DNA from: an uncultured Verrucomicrobiae bacterium
GTDB lineage: Bacteria > Verrucomicrobiota > Verrucomicrobiia > Limisphaerales > Palsa-1400
Length of the DNA stretch: 64,000 nucleotides
Reading direction: 5' to 3'
Assembly (NCBI GenBank): GCA_963702845.1
Contig: OY969763.1
Span: 2,208,001 to 2,272,000 of the forward strand
Below are positions 23,491-32,619 of this stretch, one piece after another. Positions within the stretch are counted from its first letter, which is position 1. Every line of letters begins with the position of its first letter. The position numbers were made by a program, and so were the translations under genes. Below the pieces are notes generated by a model. That model did not search any database, was not told the origin of the DNA, and saw only the letters and a list, made by a program, of their open reading frames with translations.

Positions 23491-26334
23491 ATGTCAACGA
23501 ATGTCATCAAACCCTGGGTCGAGTCAGTCATCCTACACCCGGATGTTTTGTCACCGAACTTTTCCGAGGATATATTCGCCCTTGACTTGGGACCGCTTGC
23601 TGACGGCAACAAAAACGTGCCTCCCGTCTATCGCGACCCGGAGCAATTTTTCCGCGCCTCCTATCTCACCACCGGGCTAAAGTCTCTTTTGCAAGACGTG
23701 CTTTCCCGGCTAGCCGGAGGCCCCGGCAATCGCGTCATGAAGCTCATCACGCCTTTCGGCGGCGGCAAGTCCCACACGCTCGCGTCGCTGCTGCATGCCG
23801 CCCGCACTCGCAACGCGCTAGACGTGATCCCCGAAGGCAAGCCTCTCCCCAAACCCGGATACGTAAATACCGCTGTCTTTGACGGCCAATTTTTCAGTCC
23901 TGCCAACGGTAAAGACTTCCCAGACGGGAAAGGTAAAGCGCACACGGTGTGGGGCTGGATCGCTTGGTCGCTCCGGGGAAAGGCTGGGTATGAAATTGTC
24001 CGCAAGGATGACGAAGCACGCGTTGCGCCCGGAGGCGACGACATCATGAAGCTTCTTGGCGATGATGCGAACCTTATCCTGCTGGATGAAGTTCTTGAAT
24101 ATTTGATCAGCGCCGGCGGAATCAAATTGCATGACACAACGTTGCGCGACGAGACGCTCAACTTTCTCAAACGACTTACCGTTGCGGTGGTTAACACTCC
24201 TAAGAGCGTGCTCGTCTTCTCGCTGCAGTCCAGCAAACGGGAGTCGCTTGATTATATCAATTTGCTGCAAACAATTGACCATCTTGCCGCCCGCAAGGAT
24301 CAGCGCCGCGAGCCTGTGGAAGGGAACGAAGTATTGCTGGTCATTCAACGCCGCCTGTTGGCCCAAATGCCCGACGAAGCCGAATCCACCCCAGCAGCGA
24401 GCGCTTACCAAGAAGTTGTCACGGCCATGCGCCGAGCTTACGCCAAGGGCCCCGCCGAGCAGCAACAAGCAGAACAGGAAGGCGTCGAATTGCGTGATCG
24501 TATCCGTGCCGCGTACCCGTTCCACCCGGCTTTGATCGATTTGATGCGCGAACGCTGGGCGGCCCTTCCAGACTTCCAACGAACGCGCGGCGCGCTTCGC
24601 TTCCTCGCCACTTGTTTGCGCGCAGGACATGCCGCCGGAACTAGTCGCGCCGTCCTCGGGCCGGGCGACGTTCCTTTTCACGACCCAGGAGTGCGTCTGG
24701 CCTTTTTCAAAGAAGTCGGCCAGCAAGCAGATTTTCAAGCCTGTCTTGAACACGATTTTGTTGGTGCGAATGCTAGAGCTCGTCGCATTGACGAACGCCG
24801 CGCCAAAGAATTTCCCGCCGAGGCGCTTAAGAAGCCTGCCACCCGCATCGCCACGGCCATTCTCATGTATTCGTTCGGTGGACTCCGGCGCGAGGGCGCC
24901 AGCGTGACGGAGACGTTGCCTCCCGGCATCACTGAAGCCGATTTGCTCGCCATCTCCGTTGGCCCAAGCCTCGACAGCACAACGATTTTGGCCTGTCTCA
25001 AGGAGCTCAAAGAACAGTGCCTTTATCTCCACTTTGACGGCGTTCGCTATTGCTTCAAAAAGGATCCCAACATCACGTTGCTCGTGGAGCAGGAAGCTGA
25101 TGCTATCGGTCGGGACGAAGGCGCGGTGCAGGACACAATCAAAGAAATGCTGGAGGCCAGACTCGCGGGACACAACGTCCATATCTGGCCGAACAAGTCG
25201 GGCGAAGTGCCAGACAAAGAACCGGAGTTCATCATCGGTTACTTGCCGCTCGCATTTGCGGCGGCGACGAAGGGTGAGCAGGAAAAGATAGCCAAAGACA
25301 TCTTTGAAACATTCGGCGACAAACCCCGCTTGTTTCGCAATGGCATTGGTCTTGCCGTACCATCTGGCGACCAGATCGAAATCTTGCGCCGCTCCGTCCG
25401 CTACCTCTCCGCCATCGAGCGGGTCAAAACAAAATCCAAGCAGCACAACTTGACCGATGAACAAAAAGGCCAGTTACGCGAGCGCGAATCCACCGAAAAA
25501 GCCGCCGCCGAATCCGCCTTCTTGAAACTCTACACAGAGGCTTGGTTGCCCAAGCTGGACGGCTCAGCTATTGGCATTGATGCCGTCGCCGTCGGCGGAC
25601 GGCCGTTGCAGACCACCTTGAACGAAAAGAAAGAGGCGCGCATCCATGAGCGCGTCATGGAACTTTTGACTCAGGTGCAGAAGCGCGTCTTCGCCAGCGT
25701 GACACCGGGCAAAATTGTGGAATTTTTCAAACTTGGAGAAGGCACACCGGTAGCGTTAGGAATCCGCATTGGAGAAATCGTAAACGGCTTTTATTCATTC
25801 CTTGGCTTTACTAGGCTCCTCTCAGAAAAAGTCGTAGCGAAGGCCATCGCCGACGGCGTTGCGAACCGCACATTTGCTTATATTGGCGGCGGAACACCGC
25901 CCCTTTCCGCGGACGGCAAATACCAAGTCACGCCCGGCAAAATCCGCTTCGACACTACCATAGCCCTGGACGAAATTGATCTCGAATCGGGTTTTGTGAT
26001 GCTGCCACAAGCCATCCCCCAGCCCGCACCCACAGTTGCGACCGGCGAGCCAGCCGCAGCTACACCCACGTCGATAAACCCGGTCACAGCCGGAGCAACG
26101 GTTTCTGAAACGCCAACGTCACCCGCAGCCGCCGCGCTCCAAACCTTGGTGGACCTGAAATTCACCGCCAATAAGGACAAGATTTTCAGCGCGTGGAACG
26201 CCATCGCAAACCTCGCCGATATGGCCGGCGAAGTCACCGTCACCGTCCATGCCGAAAAAAAAGACGGCTTCGACAAAAGCAAACTGCAAAATGGCGTCCT
26301 CGAGCCGCTACGCGAGGCGGACCTGACTCAATAA
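23491..26334 (+). CDS. DUF499 AAA+ ATPase
   Basis: YRDPEQFFRASYLT, TPFGGGKSH Walker A, LILLDEV, YPFHP, FQRTRGALR. Confidence 0.92.
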   Translation: MSTNVIKPWVESVILHPDVLSPNFSEDIFALDLGPLADGNKNVPPVYRDPEQFFRASYLTTGLKSLLQDVLSRLAGGPGNRVMKLITPFGGGKSHTLASLLHAARTRNALDVIPEGKPLPKPGYVNTAVFDGQFFSPANGKDFPDGKGKAHTVWGWIAWSLRGKAGYEIVRKDDEARVAPGGDDIMKLLGDDANLILLDEVLEYLISAGGIKLHDTTLRDETLNFLKRLTVAVVNTPKSVLVFSLQSSKRESLDYINLLQTIDHLAARKDQRREPVEGNEVLLVIQRRLLAQMPDEAESTPAASAYQEVVTAMRRAYAKGPAEQQQAEQEGVELRDRIRAAYPFHPALIDLMRERWAALPDFQRTRGALRFLATCLRAGHAAGTSRAVLGPGDVPFHDPGVRLAFFKEVGQQADFQACLEHDFVGANARARRIDERRAKEFPAEALKKPATRIATAILMYSFGGLRREGASVTETLPPGITEADLLAISVGPSLDSTTILACLKELKEQCLYLHFDGVRYCFKKDPNITLLVEQEADAIGRDEGAVQDTIKEMLEARLAGHNVHIWPNKSGEVPDKEPEFIIGYLPLAFAAATKGEQEKIAKDIFETFGDKPRLFRNGIGLAVPSGDQIEILRRSVRYLSAIERVKTKSKQHNLTDEQKGQLRERESTEKAAAESAFLKLYTEAWLPKLDGSAIGIDAVAVGGRPLQTTLNEKKEARIHERVMELLTQVQKRVFASVTPGKIVEFFKLGEGTPVALGIRIGEIVNGFYSFLGFTRLLSEKVVAKAIADGVANRTFAYIGGGTPPLSADGKYQVTPGKIRFDTTIALDEIDLESGFVMLPQAIPQPAPTVATGEPAAATPTSINPVTAGATVSETPTSPAAAALQTLVDLKFTANKDKIFSAWNAIANLADMAGEVTVTVHAEKKDGFDKSKLQNGVLEPLREADLTQ

Positions 26335-26422
26335 GAAAGACGAAGGACGACTAACGAATCACGCGGGAACTGCCTTCACGTCGCGGTCTTTCTTCGAGAG
26401 TATTGCGCAACTATCATGTCGT

Positions 26423-27010
26423 TCACGCCCTGACCAACTTCACCGTCGATTTACCAGGACTTCCCGCCAGAACGCGCCGCAACAAAGCCTCTACAACGGG
26501 CGTCAACACTCGACGCCGATCCAACTTGTCATAAACGTAAGTCGAACCTGACGACGGCGTCGTGGCCAACTTAATCGCAGCCGACTTCAAACCCTCTCCC
26601 AAAGGCGGCCCGGTGCGATCTGTAATCAGAAGCTCGCGCGCCAACTCACACGTCGCAGCGACGACACAAGGCGGAACAACATCGCTCGAAAGATACAATG
26701 GCGCGGCAGGTCCGAGCCCTATCACTAGCCCCGGCGCCCAAAAGACGCCGCTCGCTTCCCTGTCGGGCACCTGGACGCGCGGCCATTGCAGCGCTTGCGC
26801 ATTCGATTTGTGGAATCCCAGAAATTCACAGTGCGCGTCGATTAGCCGCGTTGCCATTACGAGCGCGATATCCTTGTTGCCGGCCGTCGCCCCCGTCCAC
26901 GCGGACGCGTATAGATGCGCGGCGTGGTAATCGTCGCCGTCCGCTGCAACGGCGTAACTGTTTGCATTCGGCAAACCCGTTCCATCCTCTTTGACAACGA
27001 CAAGCGCCAT
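26423..27010 (-). CDS. Phage head-tail adaptor / DnaT-like protein
   Basis: EDGTGLPNANSYA...AW...ALVMATRLID...QALQWPR...VVAATCELA; last gene of the head operon. Confidence 0.75.
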   Translation of the reverse strand: MALVVVKEDGTGLPNANSYAVAADGDDYHAAHLYASAWTGATAGNKDIALVMATRLIDAHCEFLGFHKSNAQALQWPRVQVPDREASGVFWAPGLVIGLGPAAPLYLSSDVVPPCVVAATCELARELLITDRTGPPLGEGLKSAAIKLATTPSSGSTYVYDKLDRRRVLTPVVEALLRRVLAGSPGKSTVKLVRA

Positions 27011-27327
27011 TAGGTCCTTTCCGGCAAAGTCACAATTTGCTTGAGCCCCAAATCTGAAATCGTCCGCTGCGGAAAACCAGCGTCGTTGTCGGCGTCATAT
27101 CCCTGCACGACAGCGAGCGGAAAAGCCGCTTGCGTGAGCGCAAGCTTCGTTGCGTTCTCATCCGTAAAAAGAGCCGAGCACCAATAATGCGTGGCAGGCG
27201 CTTGGCCGTTCGCCGACAGCCCAATAAAGAAAGTCCGAGCGCCGCCCGCCGCATCGAACTGATCAACAGCGACCGCATTCGCGCGTTCCCGATCTTCCGC
27301 AGCCACAATGATCAAAAAGCGGTTCAT
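27010..27327 (-). CDS. Hypothetical phage protein
   Basis: 105-aa ORF translationally coupled to both neighbours. Confidence 0.6.
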   Translation of the reverse strand: MNRFLIIVAAEDRERANAVAVDQFDAAGGARTFFIGLSANGQAPATHYWCSALFTDENATKLALTQAAFPLAVVQGYDADNDAGFPQRTISDLGLKQIVTLPERT

Positions 27328-28115
27328 AATTTCAAAAAGTTGTAACGCGATTGGAAATAGGCGCGCACACCGTCGGCCTCATCACCGGAAAGAAAGCGGT
27401 CGTAAATTAAAACCTCAGCGCAATCACCGTTACCCGGATAATTATTGGAACCTGATGCACCGAGCATTACTTGCTCAGGCGCAGCCGATGCAGCGGTCGG
27501 CTCAATTCCAGCCTGGACGCCGTTCATATAGATCGCATACGGGTGCACGCCTGGAACAATCCGAGCTTCGAAAAGGAAGAAATTAGTCGTGTCGACTGCC
27601 GACCCGGCCGTCCAACTCGTGAAATAACAAAGCATCCCATTGCCGTATGTTCCCATCGTCCAATCGAGCGAACCGGACGAAATGATTGCCGAGGAGGACC
27701 CACCGACAAGGACGGCCGGCCTCCAAATCACGAAAATCGAAAACGGCGTGCCGTCCGCAATGACCAGCGGCGTCTCCATCCCGTCATCAACCGTATCGAA
27801 ACGAAGCACCGGAAAAGTTTTTCCAGCAAACGTCACCTCCTGCAAAGTCGGCTGCATCGACGCACTGATTTGCGTCGCGTCATTGACGTTCCCGCTGTCG
27901 TCCTGCCAATTCGAAACCGAATCGCCGGGGCCTTCCCCCAAAGAACTCGCCTGCAGCCAGAGCTGCATATCCTCGGGAACAAAGCCGGGATCAGGCCCAA
28001 CATCCTGCGCACGCTTGCGCCGGCGCTTCTGTGCCCAAAGGGCCCACCAGCCATTTCGGCTAACGCTTCCGGGTTGCGGGAGTGGCGGAAAGATTTTGTA
28101 CGAACTTTGCTTCAT
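27324..28115 (-). CDS. Concanavalin A/LamG-like domain virion protein
   Basis: LWLQASSL...VSNWQDDSGNVNDATQ...LRFDTVDDGM...GDCAEVLIYDRFLS...RAYFQSRY; start uncertain (28115 or 28163). Confidence 0.72.
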   Translation of the reverse strand: MKQSSYKIFPPLPQPGSVSRNGWWALWAQKRRRKRAQDVGPDPGFVPEDMQLWLQASSLGEGPGDSVSNWQDDSGNVNDATQISASMQPTLQEVTFAGKTFPVLRFDTVDDGMETPLVIADGTPFSIFVIWRPAVLVGGSSSAIISSGSLDWTMGTYGNGMLCYFTSWTAGSAVDTTNFFLFEARIVPGVHPYAIYMNGVQAGIEPTAASAAPEQVMLGASGSNNYPGNGDCAEVLIYDRFLSGDEADGVRAYFQSRYNFLKL

Positions 28116-28269
28116 CGGCTGGCTTGGGAACACCGGGCGAACTCGGCTTCGGCGGCATGACATCAGGCGCTTTCGCCGAAACCGCTAATGGCCCGACCGG
28201 TTCGGCCTCAACCAAAGGTTTCCGTTTCCGCCGAATGATTGGATAAAGACCTTCCATAAAAGCGATCAT
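28060..28269 (-). CDS. Small Pro/Lys-rich hypothetical protein
   Basis: 69-aa ORF coupled to the upstream stop codon; could be a frameshifted N-terminus of the LamG gene. Confidence 0.4.
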   Translation of the reverse strand: MIAFMEGLYPIIRRKRKPLVEAEPVGPLAVSAKAPDVMPPKPSSPGVPKPADEAKFVQNLSATPATRKR

Positions 28270-28889
28270 TCACCGGCGAACACAGTCACGACGTCTGTCG
28301 CCGCCAAATCCGTAGAACCTGTATTCGCGAGGTCAACGCGATCACCCGTTAGAGTAGTTGTCCCACCCCATGCTTTCGACGCGCCTGCCGCCGTGCGGAC
28401 CTGCACCAAAGCAGCCAGTGGATTGAACGGAAACGCAAACCGCATCGCGGCCAGCGCGACCTCATTTGCATTTACGGCACGCGCCTGTAATTGCACACCC
28501 TTGTAAATGTCAGACCCGCCATACATGGCACCAGCGGCCCACGCATTATTTGCGCCCGCCAACGTCTCACTGCATGCAAGCGCACGTCCCGCGATACCAA
28601 TTCGCGTTACAATCAGAATCTCATTTACGCTGATTGCCTTCGCCGTAATCCCCTGCTGAGTTCTCGCGTTGATCGTCGCAACGAGCGCCGCACCCGCGAG
28701 CGTCGGCGTCAATCCACCCGAACAATCCACGAGAATGTTTCCCGCCGTGACAGCCGCGTTGTTATCAATCTCGTAAACCTCATTCCCGATCGTCAGCGTT
28801 TCCGCGTCAGCGACGTTCGACGCCAACCGCAGCACGTTCGAATATCGCCGCCCAACATGAGCGGCCTTGTCTAACGAAATCGTTTTCAT
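28266..28889 (-). CDS. Putative capsid decoration/cement protein
   Basis: Ala/Thr/Gly-rich beta-type protein directly after the major capsid gene; start MKTISLDK. Confidence 0.55.
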   Translation of the reverse strand: MKTISLDKAAHVGRRYSNVLRLASNVADAETLTIGNEVYEIDNNAAVTAGNILVDCSGGLTPTLAGAALVATINARTQQGITAKAISVNEILIVTRIGIAGRALACSETLAGANNAWAAGAMYGGSDIYKGVQLQARAVNANEVALAAMRFAFPFNPLAALVQVRTAAGASKAWGGTTTLTGDRVDLANTGSTDLAATDVVTVFAGE

Positions 28890-28894
28890 ACTTC

Positions 28895-29902
28895 TCAGTT
28901 GTTGTGGACGACTGCGACAATGCGCACGTTCTTCGCCTCGTAAACACGAACCCAATTCGATTGCGTTTCGATTTCTGTGTCAGTCGGATTCTTTCCCGCG
29001 ACCGAAGCGCTCGTGAACTTCACACCGCGAGGATGCAGAATGTAACGGCGGCGATTGATAAGATTCGAATCACCATCAAGCGCCGACCGCGAAAGCTCAA
29101 CGCCTTCCGTTCCGAAACCACCTTGCACAGGATTGTTCAGTTTCGCCGAGCCCTGGCAGAACGCGCCCGGACCGAACAAGTAAGTCGTATAGACATTCCC
29201 GTCAGTTGTCCCAACGCGAACAGGGCAACCGTCGTCGATGATGACGCGCCGACCTTGAAACACCCGAATCACCGGCTTGCCCTCGCTGTCCGGGATGAAA
29301 TCAATCAAATCCAATTTGCGAAGTGCCGCCTCAGTCGCAGAATGCATCGCAACCGCAACGAGTCGATCCCCACGATCACCCAATTTGGCACAAGCATCCA
29401 CGAACGTGGAACCAGTTAAGCGCGTCGCCGATCCCGACCCGGCAATCGACTCACTCGCGATCGAAAGAAGGTTGCTCGACATCGAAGCCGCGCCGAACAT
29501 TCCCTTCAGCGAAGAAATCAAAACACCCTGATTCGTGCGCGCCCAATACGTGCCGACAAGGTTAAGAATCGCATCCATCGGATCATCACCGGCCAACGCT
29601 TTCGCCAGTTGATTCACAGACCACGCTTGGCCGTCGTTATGAATGCGGGAAATATCCTGGTCCGCTCCAATCTTCTGCGTCGTCAGCGGAGCGGCATCAC
29701 TCAGCGGCTGCCGAGCGCCCGAGATGTCGTTCCAAAAAGGCAAATGGGCTTCCGTGCCGCCCTGCTCTGCGAGCGAATCAAACTCCGAATCCATTTGCAC
29801 GATGCCGGATTGATAGAACGCCGACAACGTAGCCGTGCGTTGAATCGCATACTTCTCAAACTCTGTCGGGACGATTACGTCCGCGATTTGTGTCTTTGCC
29901 AT
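28895..29902 (-). CDS. Major capsid protein (HK97 fold, SPP1-like coat family)
   Basis: MAKTQIADVIVP.F..Y......SAFYQSGIV, LPFWNDISG, LAGDDPMDAI, AMHSAT, GRRVIIDD, RRRYILHPRG, NWVRVYEAKN. Confidence 0.88.
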   Translation of the reverse strand: MAKTQIADVIVPTEFEKYAIQRTATLSAFYQSGIVQMDSEFDSLAEQGGTEAHLPFWNDISGARQPLSDAAPLTTQKIGADQDISRIHNDGQAWSVNQLAKALAGDDPMDAILNLVGTYWARTNQGVLISSLKGMFGAASMSSNLLSIASESIAGSGSATRLTGSTFVDACAKLGDRGDRLVAVAMHSATEAALRKLDLIDFIPDSEGKPVIRVFQGRRVIIDDGCPVRVGTTDGNVYTTYLFGPGAFCQGSAKLNNPVQGGFGTEGVELSRSALDGDSNLINRRRYILHPRGVKFTSASVAGKNPTDTEIETQSNWVRVYEAKNVRIVAVVHNN

Positions 29903-29970
29903 AAAATTTCAGCTTTCTATATTCGTTTGCTGCTTTGCGCGAAGCGCCGTGGCCGTAGGTGGCCGACACG

Positions 29971-30744
29971 CTAGTGTCCGGCAGCCGCTTGCATTTGCGC
30001 GGCCAACTGCGGATTACTCCGCAGCAACTTCATTTGTTCGGTGACGTTTCGCGTTTCTGTCTTCCACGGATTTTTCACTGAGCCATTCCCGACACCACCG
30101 GGATTGCCAGCAGCACCGCCGCCAGCGTTCGATTCAAAAAGATGCGGAGCCTCTGCCGCTTGCGTGTTTACCCATTCCTCCAAAGTCAACGCCGCGACGC
30201 CATCTTTGCCGACACGCACCGTTTGCCCGTCGCTTTCAAATGCAGTGGGAACACCGTTCACCAGCTTGAAAACATTTCGGGCGCGGGAAGTGATGTCCGG
30301 GATTGCCGTTGCCCGAAGACCTCGCTTGCTCGCTGAAGCGATAACCCCCTGGTCGATCTGAATCGCCATCAACCGCGAATTGAGCGTGTCCCGTTCAGAA
30401 GTCACCGCCGTGAGTTGTTTGTCCCACTCGCCTTTTAGATTTTTGACCCGGTCACCAACGATGCGGTCGATCTCATCCGGCTTGTGGCCCTGTGCCAACA
30501 GTTCGAGCCTCTGCTTTTCTTCGCCAAGCTTGCGAACCTCATCGGGATCGATGCCTTCGAATTTCTTTCGCTGCTCTTCCAATTGCTTCAGCAGCGTCAC
30601 ATTGGTTTGGCGAAACTCATCCAACTTGCTTTTGTCCGCGACACCGTCAGCGTCCAATTGCCAAGCGCCATCACGCTCCGCGTAATGAGCAAGGAGCTCC
30701 GCCGGAATCTCCTCGCGTTTCTGGTATTTGAATTTCAATGGCAT
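29971..30744 (-). CDS. Capsid scaffolding protein
   Basis: Coiled-coil protein, FEGIDPDEVRKL, APHLFESNAGGGA, KNPWK...NVTEQMKL; immediately upstream of the capsid gene. Confidence 0.8.
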   Translation of the reverse strand: MPLKFKYQKREEIPAELLAHYAERDGAWQLDADGVADKSKLDEFRQTNVTLLKQLEEQRKKFEGIDPDEVRKLGEEKQRLELLAQGHKPDEIDRIVGDRVKNLKGEWDKQLTAVTSERDTLNSRLMAIQIDQGVIASASKRGLRATAIPDITSRARNVFKLVNGVPTAFESDGQTVRVGKDGVAALTLEEWVNTQAAEAPHLFESNAGGGAAGNPGGVGNGSVKNPWKTETRNVTEQMKLLRSNPQLAAQMQAAAGH

Positions 30745-30966
30745 AACTCGCCCGAAGGCGACTTCACCTTAGCACGATGTTTTTGAAGAATTTCCGGCGC
30801 GGAAAAACGCTGTGCATTCTACATGCAACGCGATGCCATCAAATGTTGTCGCGCGTCAGCAGCGGCACCCAGACACATTAAAAAAAGCGCAAATCGAAGT
30901 TGACAGATTTTCAAAACCTCAAAAAACACCTAGATAAGTGAATCCGACAGAAGAAGACGCCGCGAA

Positions 30967-31971
30967 TTAGGGGCGAGGGCGAACCCGTAACGATGACCGC
31001 TGAATCAAGTGTCCGTGCTTGCACTTGTACCGGGGGACACGGTCTCCCGGCAGTAAAGTGCCTTGTGTAACGTCATCGTGATTGAAGTAACGAAACGGCA
31101 CCGGATAGCGGGCATGTGGGTTGTGAAACAGATACAATCCATCGAGCAGGCTCTCACGATAATTCGCCTTCGTCGAATTGCGAAGAATCGGATCAGAACC
31201 TTCGGCATTGAAATGAAGGCTCGAAAAGAAAGTCATTTCATCATCCTCTGGGTTGAGAGCATGTACCTTACTCATCGTCGCTGTATTGCTGAACATAACC
31301 GCGCTAATCTCGGGCATTGATGGCTTCGCAAAAATCCCAAGTTCAATTTCCACTCCCGGTGCTTTTTCGACACTGCCTTTGAAACAATGCTCACCGCTAG
31401 CGCCAACACGATCGTAACCGTACAACACTTGGCGAATCGCATGATCGTTTTGAGCCCAAAAATATGGTTGTTCGAAAGGGCCGATAGCTAAGACAAACGG
31501 CCGCCTAATCACATGCGCCAACGAAGAGTACGAATCTAAATATTTCTTTCGTTTGCCATGAATAGCATTCGAAAGACGGATTGTTGCGGTTTTGAGTACC
31601 TCCTCCGGGTCCGGCGGCGGGAGCGGCGGCTTCATGTGACGCTCCCACTCAGCACTCTCTCCCCTCGCATTGCTGGCGATCACCGCTTCAATGCAAAACT
31701 CGTTCAAAAAGTTATCAATGACAAAATCCGGGGAACCGAAATCGAAATTCACGCGAAACCCAAGCTCCTTGCAACACGCAAAAACATAAAGTTCCCAGAA
31801 GGAGGAATTAAATGTCGTCTGAAATTCGCGAACGAACTTTCCGTCACGATCTATAAATCCGTCAGCCCAACCCCTAATAACAACACGCTCACCCTCGGCA
31901 GGCGAATCAAGCAGCGCCCGAAAATTCGGATGCAACTCTGAATCTGGCACGACCGGCGCGAACAAGTCCAT
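30967..31971 (-). CDS. Accessory protein, often annotated 'glycosaminoglycan attachment' family, with PD-(D/E)XK-like motif
   Basis: MDLFAP...LHPNF...WADGFIDRDGKFVREFQTTFNSSFWELY, SPDFVI...IEAVIA, DGLYLFHNPHA. Confidence 0.65.
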   Translation of the reverse strand: MDLFAPVVPDSELHPNFRALLDSPAEGERVVIRGWADGFIDRDGKFVREFQTTFNSSFWELYVFACCKELGFRVNFDFGSPDFVIDNFLNEFCIEAVIASNARGESAEWERHMKPPLPPPDPEEVLKTATIRLSNAIHGKRKKYLDSYSSLAHVIRRPFVLAIGPFEQPYFWAQNDHAIRQVLYGYDRVGASGEHCFKGSVEKAPGVEIELGIFAKPSMPEISAVMFSNTATMSKVHALNPEDDEMTFFSSLHFNAEGSDPILRNSTKANYRESLLDGLYLFHNPHARYPVPFRYFNHDDVTQGTLLPGDRVPRYKCKHGHLIQRSSLRVRPRP

Positions 31972-32048
31972 AAGAGCCAATGCTACCTGAGGAAATTTCA
32001 AACGCAAAGGAGACGCCGGCGATCTTTCTCAATGCGATGAATTTCATC

Positions 32049-32111
32049 AATTCTCCCCACCACCGCTCTGCCCGCAACTTCGCATCCCCGAGCGCAGCCG
32101 ATGGCGGATTC
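32049..32111. repeat. Degenerate duplicate of the portal gene 3' end
   Basis: About 63 bp matching 32618-32679; both copies encode ...GQSGGGEN* on the minus strand. Confidence 0.8.
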
Positions 32112-32226
32112 CTTGAATTGAATTGACAACGTTCAGAAAACGAACCAATACTAAAGCCGTGCGCGGCAATTTATGAAGCCTCACCGAGGACTGCCCCTGA
32201 AATGAATTTGAGAAGAAAAGGAAATT

Positions 32227-32619
32227 ATGACTTTCGACGAAATAAAAGAAAAAATCGCAATAGCCCTGAATCATAAATGCAATGAGAACTGGGCTAATAT
32301 ATTGGATGATACTACGCCCGGCCATTATGGCTTTTGGGATCTGGAATTTGACATCGCGCTAAAGGACATCTGGGTCGAAATACAGAAAAGGACGTTTACT
32401 TTTCAAAATGCCAGCCTGTCGTTTACTGCTCAACTAGGCTCTTCAAATCCAGATGACGGAATAGAGATGCCCACCACAAGAACTGTCTCCGGAGCGGGAA
32501 AGTTCGAGTTTTCGGACAACGGGGAAATTGAGGTCCTCGAGTTCAAAATCAATGAGCAGATTGATTTCTTTGAAGAGGAGCATCGGCCTCTCAGACCTCG
32601 CTTCCGAATTACAGCCTAA
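32227..32619 (+). CDS. Hypothetical moron gene (AT-rich, opposite strand to the head operon)
   Basis: 130-aa ORF with AAGGA ribosome-binding site, between the duplicated portal ends. Confidence 0.7.
   Translation: MTFDEIKEKIAIALNHKCNENWANILDDTTPGHYGFWDLEFDIALKDIWVEIQKRTFTFQNASLSFTAQLGSSNPDDGIEMPTTRTVSGAGKFEFSDNGEIEVLEFKINEQIDFFEEEHRPLRPRFRITA

Noticed and set aside
17172..25464. Long antisense ORFs (17172..18374, 23818..25464; likewise 9628..10671 and 46056..47231)
   Set aside because: They are shadows of well-supported genes on the opposite strand in GC-rich DNA and have no recognisable motifs.
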